A stretch of DNA of 64,000 nt, from positions 85,684 to 149,683 of the forward strand of contig JACQBW010000008.1 in the NCBI GenBank assembly GCA_016194305.1. The letters run 5' to 3'. The notes beneath the pieces are model-generated. The model searched no databases and had not been told where the DNA came from. It was given only the letters and a program-made list of their open reading frames with translations. The stretch comes from Nitrospirota bacterium (GTDB taxonomy: Bacteria; Nitrospirota; Nitrospiria; JACQBW01). Shown here in pieces: positions 47,798 through 57,902 of this stretch (positions within the stretch are counted from its first letter, which is position 1; each line of letters starts with the position of its first letter). Position numbers and translations under genes: made by a program.

Positions 47798-50218
47798 TTG
47801 GAAAACTTGTTTCTGGGGAAGGAAGCGTTTGGTTATCCTGGTATTGCTCCCAAGTGGACCCGGAGTGAAAAAGAAGGGGTAGGAACCGCATATAACACCT
47901 CCAGCCGCATCTGGTTTACGCTCTCTCATGGCATTGTCAATGAAGTCTATTTTCCCACGCTGGATTCTCCTCAAATCCGGGACATGGAGTTTTTGATTAC
48001 GGATGGAGAGACTTTTTTTCATGAAGAAAAAAGGGATTTGATTTCCCAATTGGAATATCTGGATCAGGAATCGTTAGGCTATCGGATTATCAATTCAGAT
48101 CCGCACGGACGATACCAGATCGTCAAAGAAATCATTGCAGATCCCCATCTTCCTTCTCTTTTAATTCATACTCGCCTGGAAGGATCCGAACCGTTTTTAA
48201 AGAAGCTCCAACTATTTGTCTTAATGGCCCCCCATTTGGGTAAAGGGGGATGGGGAAACAACGCCGGAAAAATGGATGTCGCCGGGCAATCCCTTCTGGT
48301 CAGTTTTAGAATTCCTTATTTCCTTGCCCTCGGAACGACCCTTTCTTTCAAACGTTCATCCTGCGGATTTGTCGGGACCAGCGATGGATGGACGGATCTC
48401 CATGACAACTTTCAAATGGATTGGGAATTTGACTACGCCCGGGATGGCAATGTTGCGGTGATGGGAGAGGTCGATCTTTCCAAAGGGAGGGAGTTTACCG
48501 TGGGGCTCAGTTTCGGATTCGGCCTGCATGATGTGACAACCACTCTGTTGCAATCGTTAGGAATCCCTTTCCATGAACAGAAACAGCGTTTTCAGGAACA
48601 ATGGGAGCGTATTTGCTGCAATATTCTCCCTCTGGGAAAGGTTTCAGGCGATGGCGGCCGGCTTTACAATATCAGTCATAGCCTGCTGTTGGCGCATGAA
48701 GATAAAACCTTTCCGGGGGCCATGATTGCGTCGATGAGTATTCCCTGGGGAGAGATTCATGGAGATGCCGAAGGATTGGGTGGCTACCACCTCGTCTGGA
48801 CCCGGGATTTATGTCAAAGCGCCACAAGCCTTCTTGCAGCCGGCAATAAAGACACCCCTTTCAGAGCGCTGGTATACCTTGCTGCGTCACAGCTCCCCGA
48901 TGGGGGATTTTATCAGAATTTCTGGATCAATGGAGAGCCTTACTGGCAGGGAATTCAGCTGGATGAGGTCGCTTTTCCCGTTATTCTTGCCTGGCGGCTA
49001 AAAGAATTTAAAGCATTGAAGGATTTTGATCCTTACCCCATGGTTCTTAAAGCGGTGCGTTATTTGATCTGTCAGGGACCGGTAACGCCTCAAGAGCGCT
49101 GGGAAGAGAGCAGTGGGTATTCCCCTTCGACACTTGCGGCGAATATTTCCGCGTTGATCTGTGCAGCCGATTTTTCGCGTCAGCGAAAAGACGAAACAAC
49201 CGCACGCTTTCTGGAAGAATATGCGGACTTTCTGGAGTCGCATATCGAAGCCTGGACCGTGACAAACCAGGGAACGATTGTTCCGGGAATTGCCCGGCAT
49301 TATATTCGGATTCACCCGGTGGAAACCGATCAATCGGAACCGGATGAAGACCCGAATGGAGGAATCCTTTTTATTCCTAATCATGCCGCCGGCCACCGGG
49401 CTTATTATCCTGCCCGGGAGATTGTCGATGCGGGGTTTTTGGAATTGGTTCGTTACGGCATTCGGAAGGCGGACGATCCCTTGATCGAAGACTCTTTAAA
49501 GGTGATCGATACCGTGCTCAAGGTGGATACGCCGGCGGGACCCTGCTGGAGAAGATACAACCACGATGGTTACGGACAACGGCCTGATGGAGGTCCCTTT
49601 GATGGATGGGGAAAGGGGCGCGCCTGGCCTATTTTGACCGGAGAAAGAGGACATTATGAATTGGCCGCCGGCCGGGAAGTTCGCGATTTTGTCAAAGCAA
49701 TGGAGGGCTTTTCATCCAGAGGTGGCATGCTGCCGGAACAGATCTGGGACGAGCCAGACCTTTCTCAGGTGGGCCTTTTTCTGGGGCGTCCGACAGGATC
49801 CGCCATGCCCCTCATGTGGTCCCATGCGGAATACATCAAGTTGCTTCGGTCGGTCTATGATGGTGCTGTTTTTGAATTGATTGCGCCCGTTGCCGGTCGA
49901 TATCTGAGTGGAAAAGGGCGAAAAGATCTCGAGGTGTGGAAATTGAACCGGAGAGTGCGGTCAATCGCGCCTGGCCGCACCTTGCGGATTCAGGCTTCAT
50001 TTCCGTTTCGGCTTCACTACACGCTGAATGATTGGGTGACGAAGGGGGAATCCATAGCCCATTCCACATCAATCGATATCTTCTTTGCCGATCTCCCTGT
50101 TCCGGAGAGACAGAAAAAGTCGATTCACTTCACCTTCTATCGGACAGAAGAGGACCGATGGGAAGGAAAGGATTTTGTGGTCGAGATTCAACAGAATTCC
50201 ATAGGGGATTTGAAATGA
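47798..50218 (+). CDS. Glycoside hydrolase family 15 (glucoamylase/glucodextranase-like)
   Basis: TTG start preceded by an AAGGAG ribosome-binding site. GH15 catalytic blocks LVWTRDL and ERWEESSGYSPSTLAA; N-terminal beta-sandwich domain. Confidence 0.8.
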   Translation: MENLFLGKEAFGYPGIAPKWTRSEKEGVGTAYNTSSRIWFTLSHGIVNEVYFPTLDSPQIRDMEFLITDGETFFHEEKRDLISQLEYLDQESLGYRIINSDPHGRYQIVKEIIADPHLPSLLIHTRLEGSEPFLKKLQLFVLMAPHLGKGGWGNNAGKMDVAGQSLLVSFRIPYFLALGTTLSFKRSSCGFVGTSDGWTDLHDNFQMDWEFDYARDGNVAVMGEVDLSKGREFTVGLSFGFGLHDVTTTLLQSLGIPFHEQKQRFQEQWERICCNILPLGKVSGDGGRLYNISHSLLLAHEDKTFPGAMIASMSIPWGEIHGDAEGLGGYHLVWTRDLCQSATSLLAAGNKDTPFRALVYLAASQLPDGGFYQNFWINGEPYWQGIQLDEVAFPVILAWRLKEFKALKDFDPYPMVLKAVRYLICQGPVTPQERWEESSGYSPSTLAANISALICAADFSRQRKDETTARFLEEYADFLESHIEAWTVTNQGTIVPGIARHYIRIHPVETDQSEPDEDPNGGILFIPNHAAGHRAYYPAREIVDAGFLELVRYGIRKADDPLIEDSLKVIDTVLKVDTPAGPCWRRYNHDGYGQRPDGGPFDGWGKGRAWPILTGERGHYELAAGREVRDFVKAMEGFSSRGGMLPEQIWDEPDLSQVGLFLGRPTGSAMPLMWSHAEYIKLLRSVYDGAVFELIAPVAGRYLSGKGRKDLEVWKLNRRVRSIAPGRTLRIQASFPFRLHYTLNDWVTKGESIAHSTSIDIFFADLPVPERQKKSIHFTFYRTEEDRWEGKDFVVEIQQNSIGDLK

Positions 50219-50808
50219 TCCATAAAAAAGCCGAAACGAAGTATGCCATTCATCCCATCCTTGCCGAACGATGGAGCCCCAGGGTCTTTGATCCCGATCG
50301 CCCGGTGGAGGACGATAAGATCCAGGCTTTGATGGAGGCGGTCCGCTGGGCCCCTTCTTCGAATAATGAACAGCCCTGGTCGTTTATACTTTTCAGTGAG
50401 AAAACAGCCTCTCTTCTTGTCCAGGCCAGGGAATGCCTTGCGAGAGGAAATAGCTGGGCCAAACAAGCACCCCTGCTGATTCTTTCCGTGGCAAGCACCC
50501 ATTTCTCGGAAAATGGAAAGGAGAATCGGCATGCTTTCCATGATGTCGGTCTTGCCACCGAAAATTTGTTGCTTCAATCGGTCGATCTGGGCCTGATTGC
50601 CCATCCCATGGCGGGATTTGACCTTCAAAAGGCGGTCAAGTTTTTTTCCATTCCGGAAAAGCATATTCCAGTCGCGATGATCGCCGTCGGTTACCCCGGC
50701 AACCTCGATAGCGTCCCGATCGAGTTGAGGGCAAGGGAACTCGCTCCCCGGAACAGGAAGGGTCCGGGCGAGTTTGTGTATAATGGCGCGTGGGGGAAAT
50801 CAGAATGA
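50215..50808 (+). CDS. Nitroreductase-family protein
   Basis: N-terminal RWSPRVFD and nitroreductase-fold blocks; the ATG overlaps the GH15 stop. Confidence 0.7.
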   Translation: MIHKKAETKYAIHPILAERWSPRVFDPDRPVEDDKIQALMEAVRWAPSSNNEQPWSFILFSEKTASLLVQARECLARGNSWAKQAPLLILSVASTHFSENGKENRHAFHDVGLATENLLLQSVDLGLIAHPMAGFDLQKAVKFFSIPEKHIPVAMIAVGYPGNLDSVPIELRARELAPRNRKGPGEFVYNGAWGKSE

Positions 50809-50844
50809 AGCGTTTGATCTCATTTAACAGGAAAGGAAGGTGGC

Positions 50845-51264
50845 ATGTCTAAACCGCTCGAAACTTACAGGGGAACGGTTCACCCGTCAGAAATTGACCA
50901 TATGGGGCATATGAATATGAAATATTATGCCGAGAAATTTGACCGGGCCACCTGGAATATTTTGATCGCCATCGGTGTGAACAATGATTATATTCAAAAA
51001 ACCGGGAAGGGATGTGCCATTCTCGAAACGATTACGAAGTATCTTCAGGAGTTGTTTGCGGACACTTCAATCTATATTGAAACGGTCATTCTGGAGGTGA
51101 CACCTAAAAAACTTCGTGTTCTTCACAAGATGAAAAAAAGCGAAACAGGAGAAATTGTCGCCACAAGTGAAATACTCGGCATTCATTTTGATCTCAAACT
51201 TCGAAAAAGCTGTGAGATGCCTAAACAGATCTATGAGAGCGCCTTGTCCTATAAAGCGGCCTGA
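50845..51264 (+). CDS. Hotdog-fold acyl-CoA thioesterase (4HBT family)
   Basis: VHPSEIDHMGHMNMKYY. Confidence 0.7.
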   Translation: MSKPLETYRGTVHPSEIDHMGHMNMKYYAEKFDRATWNILIAIGVNNDYIQKTGKGCAILETITKYLQELFADTSIYIETVILEVTPKKLRVLHKMKKSETGEIVATSEILGIHFDLKLRKSCEMPKQIYESALSYKAA

Positions 51265-51387
51265 AATCTTGGACGGTCTCGGCCGGTCATTAGAAATTGC
51301 CTTGTAAAAATGACTTAACTTCGATATGAATAATCGATCGTGGCAAGAAGGATGAAGACCTAGATCAGTCGGTTCATGGGATTATAG

Positions 51388-52197
51388 ATGGTCGGACAGT
51401 TTCGTGAGGTCAAACGGCATGCATTGTGGGTGAGGGTCTCTCACTGGTTCAATGTCGTCGCTCTTATTGTTCTGGTCATGAGCGGTTTCCAGATCTTTAA
51501 TGCCCATCCTCATCTTTATTGGGGAGATCGATCCGACCGCGACAAGTCCTTTTTTTCAATCCAATCCAAAATAACCGATGAAAATAAGGTGACAGGGGAA
51601 TTGGTCTTCCTGGGACATTCTTTTGATACGACGGGTTTTTTAGGTGTATCGGCGGGGAGGGATGGCGAGGTCATCCGGATCGCCTTTCCAGGCTGGGCCA
51701 CGATTCCGGGTGTTCAGTGGCTGGCAATGGCTCGCCGATGGCACTTCTTTTTTGCCTGGTTTTTTGCCGTGAACGGATTATTATTTTTTGTTTATAGTCT
51801 TTTTTTCGGACATTTCTTAAGAGATCTCTTTCCCCGGTTCAAGGAACTGGGTCAAATCAAGAGAAGCCTGATTGACCATCTCCTGTTCCGACATCCAAAG
51901 GGAGAAGAGGCCGCCCGGTACAATATTCTGCAGAAAGCGGCCTACCTGGGTGTTCTGTTTATTCTGGCCCCCCTGATCCTCCTAACCGGAATGGCGATGT
52001 CACCCCGAATCGATGCGATCTTTCCCTGGTTGCCCGACTTTTTTGGGGGACGACAGTCCGCCCGCTCGTTTCATTTTATGAGCTGTTTTCTTTTTGTCGG
52101 CTTCTTTTTGATTCATATTTTTATGGTATTGACCACCGGAGTTTTAAATAACCTAAGATCCATGATTACGGGCCGGTATCGGATTCAGGTCAAATAG
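51388..52197 (+). CDS. Cytochrome b561-family membrane heme protein (MsrQ/YedZ-like partner)
   Basis: Four or five TM helices with conserved His residues; sits upstream of a molybdopterin oxidoreductase. Confidence 0.6.
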   Translation: MVGQFREVKRHALWVRVSHWFNVVALIVLVMSGFQIFNAHPHLYWGDRSDRDKSFFSIQSKITDENKVTGELVFLGHSFDTTGFLGVSAGRDGEVIRIAFPGWATIPGVQWLAMARRWHFFFAWFFAVNGLLFFVYSLFFGHFLRDLFPRFKELGQIKRSLIDHLLFRHPKGEEAARYNILQKAAYLGVLFILAPLILLTGMAMSPRIDAIFPWLPDFFGGRQSARSFHFMSCFLFVGFFLIHIFMVLTTGVLNNLRSMITGRYRIQVK

Positions 52198-52233
52198 AAT
52201 CCTTTTCGCCCCACGTCAAAAAGGAATGGAAAT

Positions 52234-53004
52234 ATGGCAGACCAAAATAACTGGAACCGTCGTCATTTCATCCGGGGCGCCCTTCTGGGAATCGCAGCGC
52301 TTACACTGTCCGGATGCGATTATTTGAGCAGGAATAAGACCTTTAAAAAAATGTTAGGGCAGGCCGAAATACTCAACCGCAAACTGCAAAAAGCAATCAG
52401 ACCGAGAGCCGCGATGGCGAAAGAATTTTCTGAGGCGGACCTTACTCCGATTTTTCCCGTCAACGGGAACAGTAATCCTGAAAATGCGACCTATCAACAA
52501 CATTTGAGGGAGGGATTTAAAAACTGGAAATTACCGGTGACCGGGTTGGTCGAAAATCCCCTGATGTTTTCGCTGAACGAAATAAAGGAAATGCCCTCCC
52601 GGGTTCAAATCACCCGGCATGATTGCGTGGAAGGATGGAGCGCTATCGGAAAATGGAAAGGGGTGAAATTGGGAGATTTATTGGAGAAAGTGAGTCTGAA
52701 ACCTAATGCGCACTATGTCATTTTCCGTTGTGCCGATGCAGACGAGGACAACGTGGATTATTACGAAAGTATTGATCTCGAAGATGCTTTTCATCCTCAA
52801 ACAATTCTTGCCTATGAATTGAATGATAAATCTCTCCCGGTTGCCAATGGCGCACCGATTCGTTTGAGGGTGGAGAGACAACTGGGTTATAAAATGGCTA
52901 AATTTATCATGGCCATTGAGGTGTCAGATCGTCTCGATTTGATCGGAGAGGGTCGTGGGGGTTACTGGGAAGATCAGGGATATGAATGGTACGCTGGAAT
53001 CTAG
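52234..53004 (+). CDS. Sulfite-oxidase-family molybdopterin oxidoreductase (MsrP/YedY-like), Tat-exported
   Basis: Twin-arginine motif RRHFIRG; Oxidored_molyb blocks (HDCVEGWS..., NGAPIRLRVE). Confidence 0.8.
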   Translation: MADQNNWNRRHFIRGALLGIAALTLSGCDYLSRNKTFKKMLGQAEILNRKLQKAIRPRAAMAKEFSEADLTPIFPVNGNSNPENATYQQHLREGFKNWKLPVTGLVENPLMFSLNEIKEMPSRVQITRHDCVEGWSAIGKWKGVKLGDLLEKVSLKPNAHYVIFRCADADEDNVDYYESIDLEDAFHPQTILAYELNDKSLPVANGAPIRLRVERQLGYKMAKFIMAIEVSDRLDLIGEGRGGYWEDQGYEWYAGI

Positions 53005-53065
53005 TCCGGTTTGTGTCAGTGAATTCGTGACTTTCAACTAAACTATTTTACGGGGAGGAATACCC

Positions 53066-53731
53066 ATGGCAAAAAGAATCGGATTAGTGTTGTCCGGGTG
53101 TGGTGCTAAAGACGGATCAGAAATTCATGAATCGGTCATTGCGCTGCTGGCCATTGACCGAGGTGGCGCCACCCCAATGTTCATGGCTCCAAATATTAAC
53201 CAAACCAGTGTAATCAATCACCTGAACGGGGAGCTCTCTGAAGGAGAACAACGGAATATCCTTGTCGAATCCGCCCGGATCGCCCGGGGAAATATCGTTG
53301 ATTTGAAAAATGTGCATGCGACAGATTTCGAGGCACTAATTCTGCCCGGAGGGTTTGGCGCCGCATCCAATCTTAGCGATTTTGGAATAAAAGGTGAAAA
53401 TTGTCATGTTCAGCCGGAGGTTGCACGAATCATGAGGGAAACGCTTAAAGCTAAAAAACCGATTGGTGTCATTTGTATTGCTCCTTCGATCATGGCCAAG
53501 ATGGCTCAGGAGGCGGGTATCAAAATTAAGTTAACCATCGGCAATGATCCCGGAACCGCTACGAAACTCAAGTTAATGGGGATTGAACACGTTGAATGCC
53601 CTGTGACGGAGATTGTGATTGATAGGGAGCATAAAATCGTTTCGACCCCGGCCTACATGTTGGCCAACCGGATTTCAGAAACTGCTGAGGGAATTGAAAA
53701 ACTTGTTTCCGCGGTTATCGGCATGGCCTAA
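53066..53731 (+). CDS. elbB: DJ-1/PfpI-superfamily protein ElbB (glyoxalase/isoprenoid biosynthesis protein)
   Basis: MAKRIGLVLSGCGAKDGSEIHESVIALLAI closely matches the E. coli ElbB N-terminus. Confidence 0.8.
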   Translation: MAKRIGLVLSGCGAKDGSEIHESVIALLAIDRGGATPMFMAPNINQTSVINHLNGELSEGEQRNILVESARIARGNIVDLKNVHATDFEALILPGGFGAASNLSDFGIKGENCHVQPEVARIMRETLKAKKPIGVICIAPSIMAKMAQEAGIKIKLTIGNDPGTATKLKLMGIEHVECPVTEIVIDREHKIVSTPAYMLANRISETAEGIEKLVSAVIGMA

Positions 53732-53963
53732 CTTGCGACAAAAGGCTATAAATTTTCCTCATAGCGTATTTGACTTAGAGATTGGAGCTCAATTCTCGTT
53801 TTGGCTTTAAAAGCGGGCATCAAATCCAGCTTGCGTACCCATCTAGGTCCTCAAATCCCTTATTTTTCAATCCTCCAATCCTTAATTTAAATTAGAGAAA
53901 TGCGCTTCGATCTTGAACTGGTGTATTTCGAAATCGGGGTTATACTTAAAGTGAAAAGGTCTC

Positions 53964-56783
53964 GTGTTATGGTCATCTGAGCTCATCTCAAAAATGATAT
54001 TTCCTTTGATAGACCCGGCAAGCTATTTTTTTAACCCATATGCCCTTCCTCCGTTGTGTCTGGCGATCGTGATTCTCTCGTTAGGCCAGCTTTTTATTCT
54101 TTTTGAGTCCAGGAATCCCGTCAACATTTCGTTTTCTCTTTTTACCGCAAATATAGGGGTCTGGTTCTTTTGCTATGCGATGGTCTATTTCTCCGCCGTG
54201 GAATCGGCTGCCATCGGATGGGCGCGTATTGCAGCTCTTAGCGTCGCCTTCTTGCCGGTTACTGTTTATGGCTTTACTTTGCGGTTTCTTCACATCAAGG
54301 AAATGGGAAAGAAAACGGTCTTGTTGAGCTGGATCTTCTCTTCCATCTTCGGCTTCTCTGCGTTAAAAGGTCATTATCTCGTCGAAGGGGTCCATCGCTA
54401 TTTCTGGGGATTTTACGCCATTTATGGCTGGATGGGAATTTTATTGATGTTCTATTTAACAGCTTACTTTATGCTCGGATTTTGGCATTTACAATCGGAA
54501 TACAAAAGATCCGAATTCGGCATTCAAAAAACGCGAATCAAACTTGTGATCATGGCTGTTTCTGTAACTTCCCTTGGAATGGTCGACTTCATTGCAAAAT
54601 TCAAAATCTCGTTCTATCCGTTTGGATATCTTCCTATATCGATTTCCCTTTTTATTTTCTATTGGCTCATTCGCCGCTATAATCTTGTCGATCTGTCACC
54701 TGAATTTGCAGCAAAGGAGATCCTGAAGACCATGCAGGGTGCCGTTCTCGTTCTGGATATGAAAGGGAATATCCGGGTTGTGAATCAGGCTGCGTGTGAA
54801 ATGCTCGGTTATGACATTGATGAAGCAAGAGAATTGTCGATCTTATCAGTGGTGAATGCCCGTCAGATTGATCCTCTCTCCAATCAATTTACGGGAACCA
54901 AGAATCTGCGAATGGTCTGGATGAAAAAGGATGGTCAAAAAGTCGAAGTCAGCGTGTCGACATCCCTCATTGACGATCAGAAAGGATTTCCGCTCGGAAT
55001 CGTCTGTGTCGCTCTGGAAATTACCGAATTGGTCTGCATCCAGGAGGCACTCCGGGTACTCGTTGAAGTCACGACCAAAGTCGCTGATTCTGAAAACAGG
55101 GACCTCCTCATTACCCGGTGTCTGGAAACCATATGCCGGCTCAAGAACCTGGACCTGGGACAGGCATGGATTCCTGACGAAACGTCTGAATTCCTTTCCT
55201 GCTCTCCGAAATCCTATTGTTCGACCTATGATATGACTTCATTCAGGAAAGAGAGTTTAGAAGTGAAGTTCAGAAGAGGGGAGGGAATCCCAGGTCTGAT
55301 CTGGCATTCAAATTATCCCCGCGGTTTTAGCGACCTTGCAAAGAGCGAAAATAGCCCGCGTGGTATTCACAGTTTTGACGTTCAGTTCCGGTCTGCTTTT
55401 GGCTTCCCAATTGTGATACAAGATAGACTTCTGGCGGTTTTTGAATTTTTTTCAACCGATCTGTGGTGCCCGGATCATCATTTTGTGGAGGCCGTACAGA
55501 AATTAAGTACCCATCTGGCAGTGGTATTGGAACGGATTCAGATGCAGGATACCATTGAACAGCAGGCTATCCGGGACAGTCTGACGGATCTGTATAATCG
55601 AAGGTATTTCGATCTTCAATTTGAACACGAACTGGAAAGGTCTCGCCGTAGCGGTAATTCTTTCGCCTTGATCATCTGCGATGTCGATAATTTTAAAGTC
55701 GTGAATGATATTTGCGGCCATCAGGTCGGGGACGTTTTGTTAAAAGCGATTGGCAATTCTGTTCTTTTGGCGGCGCGCGGTTCCGACTTGAGTTTCCGCT
55801 GGAGAGGAGATGAGTTTGCTGTCATTGTTACCGGAGTCTCAAGGGAAGGGGCTAGAATAGTCGGAGAGCGAATCAGAACAAACCTCCTGGCCTTGAATGA
55901 AAGGGCAGAATTCGGGAACAATATTGATCTTAGCGTCGGAATCGCACTGTTTCCTGAACATGGCAATACCTGCGAATCATTGATTCAATCGGCCGATCGC
56001 GCACTTTATATCGCTAAAAAGAGCGAAGAGAAGATTCAGATCGGGCAGGATAAATACCGTCTCGATTCGGGAACCATCAAGATCGTCTTCCAGCGGATCA
56101 TCTCCATTCCGGATGGAGGAATTATCGGTTATGAGGCGCTCAGTCGCGACCCTAACGAACAGTATAGTGTTCATAGCCTTTTTAAAAAATATCAGGCCAT
56201 TGGAAAACTGATGGAACTCAAACGGATCTGTTTTATGGAACAGATCAAAAAGAGTGAGAAAATTGGACTTTCAAGAGTTTTTGTCAATATCGATTTTATC
56301 CTCCTCGATCAGATGGAACCATTTGCAGTTCCTCCTCATACCGAAGTCATTTTAGAAATTTCCGAGTTAGACGCGCTTCATGATATAGCACGACATCTTT
56401 TGATTGCAGAAAAATGGCGTGGACGTGGTTTCAAATTTGCGATTGACGATTTTGGGGCCGGATTCATCTCTTTGCCTTTTATGGCCAAATTGATGCCAGA
56501 TTACATTAAACTGGATCGTTCGACGATGCTCCAGGCGGTCTCTAATCCCGCCTTTAGAATCTTTGCGACAGATCTTGTAAGAACCCTGAAACATTTTGTG
56601 GTGTCCGGCATTGTTGTGGAAGGGGTGGAAACACCAGAGGAACTCCAGGTGGTCAAAGAGATGGGAATCGATATTGTCCAAGGATTTCTTTTTGGAGAGC
56701 CTGCGGAATTGGAAGAGACCCATACCGAAAACCTCAATCGTCCAATTTCCATTACCCATCATTTCTTTCAATCCCCAAAATGA
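53964..56783 (+). CDS. Membrane-anchored PAS-GAF-GGDEF-EAL c-di-GMP signalling protein
   Basis: N-terminal TM helices; GGDEF domain with an RGDEF active-site variant; EAL domain with EALSR, DDFGAGF and QGFLFGEP. Confidence 0.85.
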   Translation: MLWSSELISKMIFPLIDPASYFFNPYALPPLCLAIVILSLGQLFILFESRNPVNISFSLFTANIGVWFFCYAMVYFSAVESAAIGWARIAALSVAFLPVTVYGFTLRFLHIKEMGKKTVLLSWIFSSIFGFSALKGHYLVEGVHRYFWGFYAIYGWMGILLMFYLTAYFMLGFWHLQSEYKRSEFGIQKTRIKLVIMAVSVTSLGMVDFIAKFKISFYPFGYLPISISLFIFYWLIRRYNLVDLSPEFAAKEILKTMQGAVLVLDMKGNIRVVNQAACEMLGYDIDEARELSILSVVNARQIDPLSNQFTGTKNLRMVWMKKDGQKVEVSVSTSLIDDQKGFPLGIVCVALEITELVCIQEALRVLVEVTTKVADSENRDLLITRCLETICRLKNLDLGQAWIPDETSEFLSCSPKSYCSTYDMTSFRKESLEVKFRRGEGIPGLIWHSNYPRGFSDLAKSENSPRGIHSFDVQFRSAFGFPIVIQDRLLAVFEFFSTDLWCPDHHFVEAVQKLSTHLAVVLERIQMQDTIEQQAIRDSLTDLYNRRYFDLQFEHELERSRRSGNSFALIICDVDNFKVVNDICGHQVGDVLLKAIGNSVLLAARGSDLSFRWRGDEFAVIVTGVSREGARIVGERIRTNLLALNERAEFGNNIDLSVGIALFPEHGNTCESLIQSADRALYIAKKSEEKIQIGQDKYRLDSGTIKIVFQRIISIPDGGIIGYEALSRDPNEQYSVHSLFKKYQAIGKLMELKRICFMEQIKKSEKIGLSRVFVNIDFILLDQMEPFAVPPHTEVILEISELDALHDIARHLLIAEKWRGRGFKFAIDDFGAGFISLPFMAKLMPDYIKLDRSTMLQAVSNPAFRIFATDLVRTLKHFVVSGIVVEGVETPEELQVVKEMGIDIVQGFLFGEPAELEETHTENLNRPISITHHFFQSPK

Positions 56784-56927
56784 CAGCGCCAGCACCTGCC
56801 ATGATGAAAGAAAGTCGCTTATTATCCCATTGCCATTTTTGTTGAGTCAAGATAGGCTGGGTCTTAAGGGATCCCATCTAGGGCATCCATTTCACATATC
56901 ACACAGGGATGATACGGGGAGGGGTAA

Positions 56928-57320
56928 ATGACTTCGAACAACAAAAGAGATAAGATGGTTTGGGCGGGCCGGGTCGTCACGGTACTGGTCGCGCTTCCGT
57001 TCTTTCTGAGCGCGTTTATGAAGTTTTCGGGCAATCCCAAAATGGTTCAAGGCTGGAACCACCTCGGCTGGCCCGAGTCGATGGTGACGGTGATCGCTAT
57101 TCTCGAGATTACTTCCGTTCTGCTTTACCTTGTCCCGCAAACCTCTACCCTGGGAGCCATCCTCATGACGGGCTATCTCGGCGGTGCGATCGCCACCCAC
57201 TTGCGAATTGGCGAGCCGGTTTTCATGCAGGTGCTCTTTGGCGTCCTGATCTGGGGAGGTCTTTACCTTCGCGAATCCTCACTGCGTCAGATCTTACCGA
57301 TCCGAAAACTTTCAGATTAG
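56928..57320 (+). CDS. DoxX-family membrane protein
   Basis: 130-aa protein with four TM helices and a DoxX-like pattern. Confidence 0.55.
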   Translation: MTSNNKRDKMVWAGRVVTVLVALPFFLSAFMKFSGNPKMVQGWNHLGWPESMVTVIAILEITSVLLYLVPQTSTLGAILMTGYLGGAIATHLRIGEPVFMQVLFGVLIWGGLYLRESSLRQILPIRKLSD

Positions 57321-57373
57321 ATAAACAAAAGGTTGTCTGGGTCAGGACAATTTGTGCTTGACATTTCCCATAA

Positions 57374-57392
57374 ACATGTATATACATATAAT
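57374..57392. promoter_or_regulatory. Operator/promoter repeat ACATGTATATACATATAAT (copy 1), containing the palindrome ATGTATATACAT and a TATAAT -10 element
   Basis: An identical 19-mer recurs at 57858-57876; this copy is upstream of marR. Confidence 0.55.
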
Positions 57393-57395
57393 GAC

Positions 57396-57833
57396 ATGCC
57401 AAAAGTATTCAAAAGCACCCAAAATCCGCGTTTTGTCTTACCCTGCGCTTGCGCCAATTTAAGAAGGGCGGCAAGAATTGTCACGAAGCTTTATGACAGA
57501 GCGTTTTCGGATACCGGGATTGAGGTGACACAATTTTCCATTTTGATGGCGCTTTCAAAATCCGGAGAGATTACCCAGGGGAGGTTAGGAGAACTTTTGT
57601 CTCTCGATTCGACCACTTTGACACGGACGCTGAAGCCGCTGATGAAGAGCGGATGGCTCCAGGTCCGGTCTGGAACGGACCGTCGGGAACGTTGGGTGGG
57701 TCTCACCCCGGCCGGTCAGAAAAAATATGATTCGGCAATACCCCGGTGGGAGGAGGCTCAACAGGCATTAAAAGGGAAGCTCTCGCCTCACAAATATGAC
57801 GTCCTCATGGGCTTGCTGGTGGAACTGGCCTGA
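57396..57833 (+). CDS. MarR-family transcriptional regulator
   Basis: Winged helix-turn-helix (TQFSILMALSKSGEITQGRLGELLSLDSTTLTRTLKPL). The start was moved to the ATG at 57396 because the track start (57333) would place the operator inside the coding region. Confidence 0.7.
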   Translation: MPKVFKSTQNPRFVLPCACANLRRAARIVTKLYDRAFSDTGIEVTQFSILMALSKSGEITQGRLGELLSLDSTTLTRTLKPLMKSGWLQVRSGTDRRERWVGLTPAGQKKYDSAIPRWEEAQQALKGKLSPHKYDVLMGLLVELA

Positions 57834-57857
57834 AAGAGACCATTTTTTTATCCATTT

Positions 57858-57876
57858 ACATGTATATACATATAAT
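57858..57876. promoter_or_regulatory. Operator/promoter repeat ACATGTATATACATATAAT (copy 2), upstream of the Fe-S/SCP2 gene
   Basis: Exact duplicate of 57374-57392, followed by a GAAGGAG ribosome-binding site and the ATG at 57903. Confidence 0.55.
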
Positions 57877-57902
57877 ATCAACGGCGAAAGAAGGAGTCAT
57901 TT

